NCBI GenBank assembly: GCA_030704615.1
Contig: CM060733.1
Span: 8,618,001 to 8,682,000, forward strand
Direction of reading: 5' to 3'
DNA from: Takakia lepidozioides
Taxonomy: Eukaryota > Plantae > Bryophyta
Length of the DNA: 64,000 nucleotides
Positions within the stretch are counted from its first letter, which is position 1; every line of letters begins with the position of its first letter. Of this stretch, positions 1 through 11,197 are shown one piece after another. A program made the translations under genes and the position numbers. The notes under the pieces were generated by a model. It worked only from the letters and a program-made list of their open reading frames with translations, had not been told where the DNA came from and searched no databases.

Positions 1-126
1 CAAATGTAGCTTGCCGGTGGGTCTTTGTATGGGAAGGAAATGTATGGTAGAAGCTAGTTAGCAAAGTAACAAGCCACTCCATCAGAACCTTTGAGACCTA
101 TGCGTGGACGAGTCACTGACTGAAAG

Positions 127-829
127 CTATATCCGAGAATAGAAGGAGGTCATTTCCTTCATACGCATGTGTTTCAAAGAGAAAAAGAATATCACACTTT
201 GAGAACTAGATACCAAGAACCCAATTGGATGGCTCCACAGTGAGCCATTGTTGTTCCATGAGTCTCCCTGTGCAAGGGTCCCTAGTTTACCAACGACTCG
301 GATGTTCAGGGCTTTGAAAGCCCGTTGCCGTTCCTCAAGCAACATGACCAAAACTGTCTCTTCTAAAGTGTGGTAACTCTTGTTAGATGGTACCGTGCTG
401 CCCTTGACTATGTTAGCCGAAGAGGAAGCATTTGCCTTATGGTCTTCGAGCTCCCGGGCCATTGTAGATGTCACAGCCTTGCTAGCTCTTTAGTGAGGGT
501 TACCACTTGTTGATGAATAGTACTTGTCGTGAGGGGACCTGAGAGGTCCCTCTCTGTGAGGGTCCTCACTTAATCCCCCTCAAGCTTAGAAGTGCGTGTG
601 ATGTTGGTGGCTTTTACATTGAGCTGTTTCAAAGACCATCCACTTTGCTATTGCTCTCTAGAAGAGAAGTTTTCAAGACGGTGACCTCTGCTCGCAGATT
701 CTCCAAGTCCTTGTCTTGGGCCGCGAGCAACTGCTGAAGTGCCTCCACAGAGATGAAGCTTGTTTGCAGGAGCGTGACTTGGTTGCGAAGATTTTGAATA
801 GCAGCACTCCTCGTGGAGTACTGGCGCAA
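127..829 (-). mobile_element. Degenerate LINE ORF1-like fragment (coiled coil plus ERQRAFKALNIRVVG motif)
   Basis: ORF 629..829 is heptad-like coiled coil. ORF 127..474 contains LEERQRAFKALNIRVVG, resembling the L1 ORF1 'E.R.R..NIR..G' motif. The frame is broken by stops. Confidence 0.35.
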
Positions 830-1599
830 GGGATAAGCATGTTGAGAGGCCGGGGCAGGAAGAAGAAGCAGAGGAGACCCGAGATGAGGCGAGGGCGAAG
901 GCGAGTCTTTATCTTCATCGAACGCCCTTAGACGGGAGACGGGAGAGAGAGAAGGGCCACAAGTATCCCAAGAAGAGAGATAGGGCTTGTCTTGTCATGA
1001 CAAGAAATGATCTGTCAAGACTGACCAGATCCGAAAGGTTTTCTCTTAAAACCCAAGACAAAACAGCCTTGCATTGCAAGGCACCATCACCCTTATCCTA
1101 AACCACAGGTTTGTTCTTGATTTGTTTCACACTTCTGGGTGATCGGGGTGGGTGGTGGGGTTTGTTAGAAACCCTTCAAAAGCCCCATCTTTCTTCATAG
1201 TGACAGACATCATACTGAAATTCGTGTTCACTGTACTGTCACATTGGGTTTTCCAGAATGCCGAAATTCGTGTTTTTTAGCATGTCATAATTCGGTTTCA
1301 TTGAAGTAGTGTTAAAATGAATACTTCCTTGAAAACCACGTCTTAAAACAACCAAGCACAATATTCAAAATGAAACCACTCAGCTGGGCTATAGATTGAG
1401 ATTCATCCAATTCAAGATAGGTCTTCAAAACCTTCTGCTAACATATCCCAATGGCAGATTACTTCCGTAAAATACTTCCCTCAAAGAAACCCGAGGCTAT
1501 CATCAAGCACTGTACCATTCTTCTTAGGCAGTGGCTGCCTCATGCCCCGCATGTGCTTGAACATGTGTGCGACACATGTGCGGAGACACAACAGACGAA

Positions 1600-2145
1600 T
1601 AAATCATTTGCCTCTAAAAACCCCGAGACCTTGGCAGCCCTATCCTTTTTCCAGATATCACCCCAAATGGACTTCCAATCTGTAGGGAGGGTAGGCAGAT
1701 GCCTCCACTTAGAGTTTCATTTGCTAGCGAAGAGCATTGGAGGCCGCAAGAGAGAATAAGCCAACTTCACCTTGAACCCAAAATAAGGGGTATGCTTCTT
1801 ATCCATCCAACGCCATTCAGCGGGGTCAAACTGAAGCAACCTAAGAGGAGCAGAAAGAAAGCATATGAAAGAATCATGATAATGCGCAAGGTTGAGGGGG
1901 GGTTCTGGATCACAAGCCCCGGAGGTAACCGAAAACACCCTAATGGGAAATAAATCGGCAGGCCTGGTGAGATGCAAGGCGGGGAGAGACCAAGGCTCCG
2001 TCAGTATGCAAAGAGAAATCCAACCCGGAGAGTGATTGAGAGTCCCTGGAGGTTGTATAGAAGGCCACAAACGATCCAGAAGCACCCCTACCCATCCAAG
2101 ATGGGAGTGCCCTTTGATTGAGTGGAAGGGAACATATGGAGAGCA
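1600..2145 (-). mobile_element. Degenerate LINE ORF2 C-terminal (zf-RVT-adjacent) fragment
   Basis: Translation LQFDPAEWRW...FKVKLAYSLL...*..KW...DWKSIWGDIWKKDRAAKVSGF resembles plant LINE sequence leading into zf-RVT (W..IW......K...F). Contains an in-frame stop. Confidence 0.5.
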
Positions 2146-2841
2146 GGGATGCCTCGGCGTGAGCCTGGTCACGTGAGCGCGTGAGCGCAACTGTGCTCAC
2201 GCCACGTCACCTTGCGCAAATGCCACATCACGGGGCTCACTCCACGTCATCACATGTGAAGGCCGCGTCACCACGCGCCCAGAAAGAAGTGGAGTGTATT
2301 CCCGCGGATTGGCACCCTTTACCGCGGAAACAAGCTGGACGACATAATAAAAGGCATTGAATAAAGGATGGATGAATGTACAGTTGGATGATAAACAGAT
2401 GGATGAGTGTGAAAATTGAATGTAGATGGATGAATGAGGGATGGATAAGAGTAAAATGGATGAATGTATAATGGATGTTGAGCAATGACAAAAATTCATG
2501 ACAGGAAGATGCATGACCAAATCTTTTGACGAATGCACAACGTATATGAAATGAGTGTGGAAGGTTTGTGGGGTGGATTAAAGAGTACAGAGGATGAATG
2601 TACAATGGATGTTGTACAAAGGAAAAAATTCATGAATGGAGCACGCATGAATACAGTGTAGATGAATGCACAATGGATATAAGAAGAGTCAGGGAGGTTT
2701 GTGAGATGGATTCATACATATTGCAATTCAAACGAAAGTTGATTCTGTGATTATTATTTGTTCTAAAGGAACAACTACGGTGGAGGAAGGGGATTCAACG
2801 TTTTCCAGATAATATGAAAATGAATATTAAAAGAATACAGT

Positions 2842-5800
2842 TCAGTCTGACTCAGAGTCAGTACAATGTATCCCCGCTTCCTCTGCATCTAAGTCTAAGT
2901 ATTTTAGAACACCGGATCCACGCTGGATACACCTACGGCTGGCCACTAAAAAGTCAGGGGATAGGGACTCGGCCGCGTGAAGTGCCATTGCTTCGGCATA
3001 AACAGGAAGCAGAAAATTGGAATGGGGGCTGTCGAAAACAGACTCGCCAGAAATGACTGTATCTCCTGAAGATCCACCGCTGCCTTTCCTGAAAGACAGC
3101 CTGAAAAAGTTATTACTGTAACTTTGATGTTATCGAGAAATTGAGTATGACTCCCAAAGAAGGTTTAGCACTTACTCACATGAAAAGTCGTTGTCGACCT
3201 GCTTATCTTCGGGATCGTCATCATTTCGAATTTGAATCCGATCAGTCTGTGTGCCTGAAGTGGAGCCAGACAAAAGGGGGAGGAGCACTGTGTTGTAGAG
3301 GTCAGAATCACCCTCCATGCCAAAAAGGCTTCTTCCGCCTGCCTTGCATGCATGGTAAGTTGCTCCTGCACCAGACATGAGAACATGAACAGTTTGGAGG
3401 GGGGGATTTAAGCAGATGAAACTGTTGAAAGGAAACCAATTCGGAAGGGAAAAAACGAACCTGTGGACACAGAAAGATCGACCACCCGTGCAGAGCGGTG
3501 GCTGCATGACTCCAGCAGTATTTGCATGAACGCTGGTGACTTTTCCTTTGCACCTCTCCAGGGAGTGCCATCTGGTCTCTTCAGAGTCTGACTGGACTGT
3601 ATGAAGTTGTACAAAATGTCATCGACATGGGGCTCATAGGGGGGGTTGACGAAACAACCCTGGTCAGAAATCTCAAAGCTGCGGATGGAGGATGGTGTCT
3701 TTGAGGTGCGAATCCTCCGCAGGCAGATCGCCTCGAACATCCTCGTCTGCCAAAGATAGCAGGTTAGTGTGGTAAACACAATCTATAGTGGAAGTGTGTA
3801 CATCGGCTATTCAGAACTCAGACACAAAAAAATCATGAATCGGTGATGATCGGTGTCGATCATAACACATTCTACTAAAGTGGAGCTGCAGAGAAAATTG
3901 AAACTCATGATCAAAGCACAAGCAGAAGGGAGACGGCATACCAGCTGACCAGGGAAACCCCCTTTCACAAGGTAGAGGCTGTTCACACAATTCCATGTGC
4001 GCAAAACTTCAAACCCTGAAGACTTGAGGTATGATGCCAATGCCCGACGACTATCATTGTCACATGACTGAAAAAGCAGAAGTGTCCCTGCATAAGAGAG
4101 GAAGTTGTTACAGAACCTGAACACCCAACTCCAGTAGTTGTCCTCGAATTTGTTCCAGCCTGGCGTCTTGCCCTTTGGAAGAACTTCTGGCATAGCCTGG
4201 CCATCCGGGATGTCGAGAATGACAATGTCGGCCGCATAAGTTTTCTGCACACCGCACACGAAGGTGGGACCTGTGCTCACCTGCAACAGACATGTTTTTT
4301 ATAAGAACGATGGCAAGATTGTTTTCAAAGAACGAGACTGAAATACTGCCAACGAAACTTTCAGAGAAAAAGGAAAGAAACTGGAATTCTCACCAGATTG
4401 AGGAATGAGATTATATTGTCCCAGGTAGGGGATGGCACCCCAGTGTATCCTCTCTTTCGACTCTGCATCATCGAAAGCCAACCCTCATTAACAATTTTCA
4501 TCTTTCCTGCTGAATCAGAACGGGAAGGGTGTGGCTTGGCATCGAACACGCACTGAAGAGTGCGGGTATATCTTCCAGCAGTAAAGTCCTCCCCACTCTC
4601 CATCTCCTTTTCATTCTCCTTCCCCTTGTCCTTTTCCTTCTCTTTGGACTTGTCTTTGTCCTTTGGCTTTGCTGGTGAGATGGCTATGACATCAACAGCC
4701 TTGTCTTTTGGTTTGCGGCCCGCCTTCTTTCCCTTCTGCGGCGTTCCCTGAGCATCAGGCTCCTTGGCAGCCAATGTTGCTATGTTTCGTTGATACTCTT
4801 CGTCAGTCAAAGGCGCCAGCATCTCAGCGTTATTGTTCAAGTATTTCATATGTTGTTCTTGAAAGGTCGTGTGCTCAGGTGGGCAGTCAAGGTACCACCC
4901 ACAGTCTCTGAAGTGAGAAGGACTCCAGTCCTTCAATATCCCTGCAGTATACATGGTTGGATCGTTTGCAGGGTCCGACCACATGTTAAGATAGTCGGGA
5001 ATTCCGCTCAGGCGATTTCCTTCCATAAGCACATATTTCGTGTACCTGAAAAAAGGAGATAAATCCCAATCCACAAAAGCGCTCAGTGAGTAAGATGCAA
5101 GTAGAACAGAATGAAAAAAACATAGATTGAAATGGCTCTGAGAACTGCTCCAAGGACCTTTCAGGACCACACTACTGCTCCAGATATGAATGTCGTCAAC
5201 GCCATTCAGAACATTCCATTCAATGATATTGTAAATACACCCTAATCCAGGTGAATGCAAATTATCGTTTAGGAATGACACAGACATAGAAGTGAATGTC
5301 GTCAACGACATTCACTAATGAAGCCAAATTATTACTTAAATGAAGCAAAATCACAGGATGGAAATCAAAAAATCGAGTAAGAAACCCTCCAGGAAAACTC
5401 AATGCACATTTATAACGAACATATCACTGAGGACCTCACAACATCACTGTATGTGAATGGCGTCAACGCCATTCACAAAAATACCAAAAAGAAACCAATT
5501 ACTTAGCTCCCAATCCATGTAAATTCAATTTGTCGCTGTTGAATAATACAGACACAGCAGTGAATGTTGTCAACGACATTCACTTTGGATTTCTCATAAC
5601 AGAGCTTATCAAGCCTCCAGATTCCTCGCAAGAGGCAAAAACAATGCAGAACAACTGAATGTCTGCATTGACATTCAGCAAAATGAAGTGAGGAACCCTC
5701 ACTGTAACCTCTATGGACATTACAAAAATTTACATAACTCTGAGGACCTCTCAACAACTCCGTATGTGAATGCCGTCAACGCCATTCAAGGACATTATCA

Positions 5801-6229
5801 ATTCTAATCAGGGACAATATAATTGCACCCTTAGATCCTAACCAGGTGAATTCATATACTCGCTTAAGAATGATTCAGACAAAGAAGTGAATGTCGTCAA
5901 CGACATTCAATCTGGATCTAAGATTGCAATCCATATGAAGCCACATTTTTTCCCAAAAAAAACAGTAGAGTTTCAAGTATGACATTGCACCTGTACACAA
6001 CTCGCATCATGGCCCACTCTCCTCCAACCTGACTGTCAAAGTCGTTGGACCGTAAAATGTTACCATCTTTGGAGAACTCCCGGAAAAAACAGTATCTCCA
6101 GGTGAGACCTCTCCACTTCCTTATGTATGCCTCCAATGACATTTGGGGAGGGGAAACAATCGAAATGTTCAGGTCCTTCAAAGTCTGATCCAGCACAATG
6201 ACGGCGCGCTTTTCGACAACACGCGTTTT
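2842..6229 (-). CDS. Transposon-borne protein with C-terminal beta-class DNA N6-adenine/N4-cytosine methyltransferase fold; 5'-truncated
   Basis: Phase-consistent GT-AG exons ~6229-5991, 5045-4394, 4280-3942, 3746-3461, 3365-3176 and 3100-2842 give one stop-free frame of about 650 codons. Motifs in beta-class order: ADIVILDIPDG (IV), LRTWNCVN, PWRGAKEKSP (X), RVVDLSVSTGAT (I), ACKAGGRSLFGMEGD (II). Confidence 0.75.
5187..5909. repeat. Six 22-26 bp palindromes TGAATG(T/G)CGT-CA-ACG(A/C)CATTCA in three diverged ~270-315 bp tandem units
   Basis: Copies near 5187, 5291, 5452, 5559, 5767 and 5888, all inside the predicted intron 5046-5990 of the MTase gene. Confidence 0.9.
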
Positions 6230-6231
6230 TT

Positions 6232-8276
6232 ATCATGTGAAACGAGTGAAGGATTCGACGACAATGGCTTGTCATGTCTACGATCCAGTGTACCAACGAG
6301 TTATGACAATTGCAGTTTGTGACATGCAATCCGAGGATACGGAATCCCAGAAGCTCATGTGGAATTCCCTGATACGTGTCATGGGCTGCCATGGGCTGCC
6401 ATCTCCAAATTTTGCAGGTTTCATGGCGGATAGTGCTCAAGCAAATTTCAATGCTGTTCGTATTGTCTTCGGATCGGGCGACCCAAAAGTGCCTATGCCA
6501 GGAAGAGAGCGTACATGTCTATTCCATTGGACACAATCTCTGGAAAAACATACAAAGTCGGACATCAAACCAGAGATGCAGACTCAGCACCGTAAATTGT
6601 GCAAAGAGTACAAAGATGCTAGAACAATGAAGGAGGCGGACACTTTGTTCTAGACAATTCGTGCATGGTGGTTCTCTTCTGGAGCTGCATCACTTGAGAG
6701 TATGAGAGCATTGGAAGATTGGCTGGCGTTTTGGCACTTCCGGTACAGACAGTGGGGAGCAGCCATGACAATGGTACGAGGCTTCTATTTCATGCTTTAT
6801 TCATACATTTGCTTTTCATATTTTTGACTCATTGCTTTCTTTATGTTGTTTCCTGTGCACTGTTCTGAAGTGTGGTTATCCTCTTTGCAGAACATGTCCA
6901 TTGAGGAAATGGCGGACATGCCATCTTGCAATTTGGTAGAAACTGTGCACAACGCATGGTTGCAGCAGTCTGGGAAACGAGGTCGGGATTTGTATGTGGC
7001 AACAAAAGATGATTTGATACGTGCCTTGCAACAACAAACCCAATACCGTGATTTCTTACGAGGTGGGGTTGGTGGCAAGGGTCCGGACAAATGGGAGTTG
7101 ATGTTGCGTGCTGCAAACAGATCTGGGGATCCAATCAAGATAGCACGGGCGGTGAGCATGTATGCCCAGGGAACGCCACTTGTTTCTAGAGTTCCACATC
7201 TTGAAGGGGAGGAGAGATTCAGCTCCTGTAAGAGGAAATTGAACACTCCACCTGGTTCGGATTCAGATTCCCACAGGGCAGACCGTGATAACTTCTCGAA
7301 GCCTCGTGTTCCCCTGCATGACAGCTCCATGTCTGGAACCTCCATTGTGGAGGAACCTCCAACACGACGGCAAGCTCCAGCATCAAACAGTGCCACTGAA
7401 ATGGTGCAGGAGAGAAACAACCCCCTTGATGTCCTTGAGTCCGCATGCCCTGACCACGTTTGGCACATAGAACGCACAAGTGTAGGGTCTCGTGTGAAAT
7501 GTACAGCGATCAGGGCAACTAATTTCGAGAAGTGCACTTCATCTATATCCAGAGGTGGTGCCCGAACTCCTGCTCCGACTTTCACGGGCTTGATGCGTCC
7601 ATACGGTCAACCAGAAGCCAAGAACCACAAGTTCTGGTTCTGCGCAGATGATTGTGCCAGATGTGTGCATGGAACTGTGCGTCCTTCCGTAGTGATGAAG
7701 CCAACTCCTCCAACCGTTTGGCCCGTGAAGGTGGGAACACATCTCAGCTTTCAGGAGATTGAAATGCTGGAGGAGGCAGGTTTTTCCCTTGCAAGACAAC
7801 CCCAACTTCATGCATGTGCTACTACTTCTGCGTCCTCCCGGGTCCCCCCGGCAAATCCTGACTTGTGGCCAACCAAACGAGATAGAAAGCTCGTTCGGCG
7901 TTTCCCTCCAACCGCTGAACACTTTGGCAAAGTGGAGTCCGCAAGAATGCTCCAAGCTCGTGTTGGAAGCACCACGGAAGTACCCGATCCAGGATATGGT
8001 CGGGTATTCACAATCATCACTTCCACATCTGCTGTTCATGACAGGACCTACGACATCACGGTTTCCAATTTCCCCAATTGCACATGTCCTGATTTTGTGA
8101 ATATGCTATCAACCAGTTTGGGCAAGAGAGGTAAATTCATACCCTGCAAACATTTGTATTTCATATTTTTGAGGAGGATGGTTTGCGATCCCAAACGTGA
8201 CAACTTCATTCACCAGGCCACTATGAGTTTCAACGAGGTCGATACTCTTTTGCAGCGTGATACAACACATGGGTAG
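6232..8276 (+). pseudogene. MULE (DDE) transposase with C-terminal SWIM finger; 5'-truncated, in-frame stop
   Basis: FMADSAQANFNAVRIVF...CLFHW (second D and CxxH), CNLVETVH (E), SWIM CTCPDF...CKH. TAG at 6651-6653; intron 6774-6890. The first catalytic D is lost at the deletion junction near 6231. Confidence 0.85.
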
Positions 8277-9717
8277 CATGAACTATGTAATGTGGTATGT
8301 GGATGACCATGATTTGAAATGTGTAATTCACATCAATTCGTCGGCTGTGCAATGATATGGCCTCCAACTATACGGAGTGAGCTCTGAGTGACAACTTTTA
8401 GGTAGTGCACATTTGTCATTGCACCGTTCGAAGTCTACATGTCTTGCTGTCGCTATGCACTACAATCATCTTTTGAAGATGATCCTAACTCTCATTGTTA
8501 TTTGAGGAGGGAGGAAGGTCTTCCCGTGGCAGCCTTTATGGCGCACACTTTGTGAGGATATTTTGTCGTCCTCGTAATTATAAAAGTGAAATAAGCATTT
8601 GTAATTGCACAATGTTGGATGCTGCAATTGTAGGCCTCAATGCTCGTCTTGATTCTATTTAGGCAAGATTCCCTGCATTAATTCCACGGTCATAGGACCA
8701 TCCACGGTTATAGGCGGCGCATGTTAATGGTGACGTGGCAGATGACGGACAGTGCCATGTCATCATTTACCGCCACATCAGCATGCTGACATGACGCTCA
8801 CGCCACGTCACTCCTGCGTGAGCGTACGCTCGCGCGCTCACGCCATTGCGTCGTTGCCTAAGGACTAGCATGTGTGTCGCGGCCCTTCGCCTTGAGGGCA
8901 AGGGGGTCGGGACACAAAAGGGCCTGCCCCTATGGTGGAGGCAGTGACAACAATAGATACGGGGGCTGAAGCACTCAATGAAGCGGAGGCGCTCACTAGG
9001 TGGAACCCCGCACACCGGGTTGCGGTGGGGGTGGTTCCACGAGGGGTGGTGGTAGCTTAGTGGGACTTGGTGGGGGTGGCATAGGACTCACCATGGGACG
9101 GAGACCTTGTGGTGGGAGTCGTGGGGAGTCTTGGGATTCATCACGGTCCATTGGGACCGTGGTGGGTGGGCCAAGACTCACCACGACTCACCGGGAATGG
9201 AGGGTCTTCGTGGTGGTTCGCCATAAAAGAACGGTGTTGTTTGTGAAACCCCTGCGGACAGTCATAGAAGTATATATAGGGAGTAGTAACCCCGAGAACG
9301 GTGCAATCCCGTTGGTGACCAAAAACCAGCGTAGCTATGGCGTGAGCGCAGCCCCGTGAGCCTGGGAGCTGAGCTCACGTTGTAGCTGTAAAGCGTGAGC
9401 GGCACAAATCTGCTAGAGAAGCAGGTCCTATAGGCGAGGATTGCAGGAAGAGGGCCTATTACCGTGGACAAAAAAAAGGGGGCCACCATGCACCATGTCT
9501 GCAATGCCTGCACAAAAAGAGGAATATGAAAATATGGCAGATTTGAGCTCAGAATGATTGACACACTTTATTTCAATTCACAGATAGACGCTTACAATGA
9601 ATGGCATGTGCATTTGCCCTGGTTCCGTGAATGAAATGTATGTGTTTGTCCTAAATGCAAAGTCGTTACACGATAACCTGGAAACCAGCATGGGAAGCGG
9701 GCATGGCTCGTATGTGT

Positions 9718-11112
9718 TCAAAGAGAATCTGGCGGAGCCCTACGCAAGGTGTCCCGCTGCAAAAGGTTGATGACTTCTCCGTAGCCTAGTGTGGCTTGGT
9801 GAATGAATTGGTCTCTCTTACCGTCGCAGCACATAATTACAAGGTATATGTAATATTGATGCTTGCAGGGGACCCACTTCCCTCTCATGCCGAGAGCGCC
9901 CTCACGCATCGTTACAAAATCCGGACAAGTGCACGTATGGAAATTCCCCACGGTAACCTGATATTCTTTGCCATGAAGAACTGAGCCAATAGACAGCACT
10001 GTGTAAATCCGTCCATACCTTGGGGCAGGGACTTCGGTGATACGAGTCACCTGAGCCTGCAAAATTCTAGCCGATTCCATCTTGCAGTCGTGATCTGCAC
10101 CTGAAGTGACACGGTGCACTGTTTTTCCATCTCTTTTTGTTGGGTGGGAGTCGGCACCGGGTGGAGGCATTGCCGGAGCATGTGGCACATTTGTGCCCAC
10201 AGTGCATGAGGGCACCACCCGGGACCCTGCAGGACGGAACCCTCCCTCCTCCAGCATGCTTATCTCGGTTGATGACAGCGACGTCCCAAGTTTCACATGC
10301 CAAATTGCGGGGGGAGGGGGCTTCATTATCACCGAAGGACGAACTGTTCCCTTGACGCATCGTGCCATATCGTCTGGGCAGAACCAGAACTTGTGGTCCT
10401 TTGACTCCCCACTATGATAAGGTCGGAACAACCCTGTGAATGTTGGAGCTGGAGTCCCCCTGGAGCCTTTGCATATTTTTTATTTGCGTTTCTTGAAAGA
10501 GGGGGTCCGAATTGCCATGCAAGCCACTCTAGATCCTGGTGGGGTGCATTCTAGATGCCACTCACTGTCAATGCAATCAGATTCATGCACCAAGGACACC
10601 ACCTCCTCCAATGGGATTCCTGCTGCTGTGCTTGCATGATCTGCACCTGAAGAGGACCCACCTGGGAAGGGGCGGGCACACAACTTAGTTTGCACCGGAG
10701 ACACCTTTGGTACAGAGAACGGCCGATGGGAATCTCCATCCGACCCTAGAGGAGTGTTCAATTTCCTTTTGCATGATCCAAATCTTTCCTCGCCTTCCAA
10801 ATGGGGACCCTGGATTGCAAAGAGGAGCCTTCAGTGCACCTGTTCAGAGCTCTGATCATCTTCGATGGGTCTCCGGACCTACTCGCAGCCCTTAATATCA
10901 ACGAAGTCGTATCAGAGCCCTTGCCTCCGCCCCGTCCCATCAGAAAATTGCGGTACCTGGTTTGTTGTGTAAGTGCCCGCACCATGTCATCAGCAGTGGC
11001 CACCCACATACAAGTCACGTTCTGCTTTGGTAGACTGCTGCATCCACGCTTTGTGAACTGTCTTTGCCAAATTACAGGATGGCATGTCGGCCAAGTCTTC
11101 CAAGGACATGTC
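9718..11112 (-). pseudogene. MULE transposase C-terminal exon (E-motif region and SWIM), frameshifted
   Basis: DMSLEDLADMPSCNLAKTVH, HKFWFCPDD..RCVKG and CTCPDF...PCKH match copy 1. Spread across several frames; catalytic E replaced by K. Confidence 0.85.
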
Positions 11113-11197
11113 CTGTAGGAGGCATTGCATGCAAATGTGAGGAACGAAAGGAAATTGAAGAGGTTCTGCAAGTGACAATCCAACGACCCCAAACGAA

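Larger units (their letters stand above)
2146..8854. mobile_element. Mutator-like element (MULE) copy 1, internally deleted, carrying a methyltransferase-fold gene
   Basis: Degenerate inverted ends: left GGGATGCCTCGGCGTGAGC at 2146; reverse complement of right end ACGACGCAATGGCGTGAGC. Both ends are rich in CGTGAGC/GCTCACG and have a subterminal CCT(A/T)..ACCG(T/C)GGA. Two divergent internal genes. No TSD found. Confidence 0.7.

Noticed and set aside
2130-8870. Target-site duplication for MULE copy 1
   Set aside because: Flanks (TGGAGAGCA versus TGCCTAAGG) do not match at the boundaries tested.
8860-9330. Pro-rich or Gly-rich small proteins
   Set aside because: Low-complexity ORFs on both strands between transposon ends with no recognisable motif; possibly retroelement debris.
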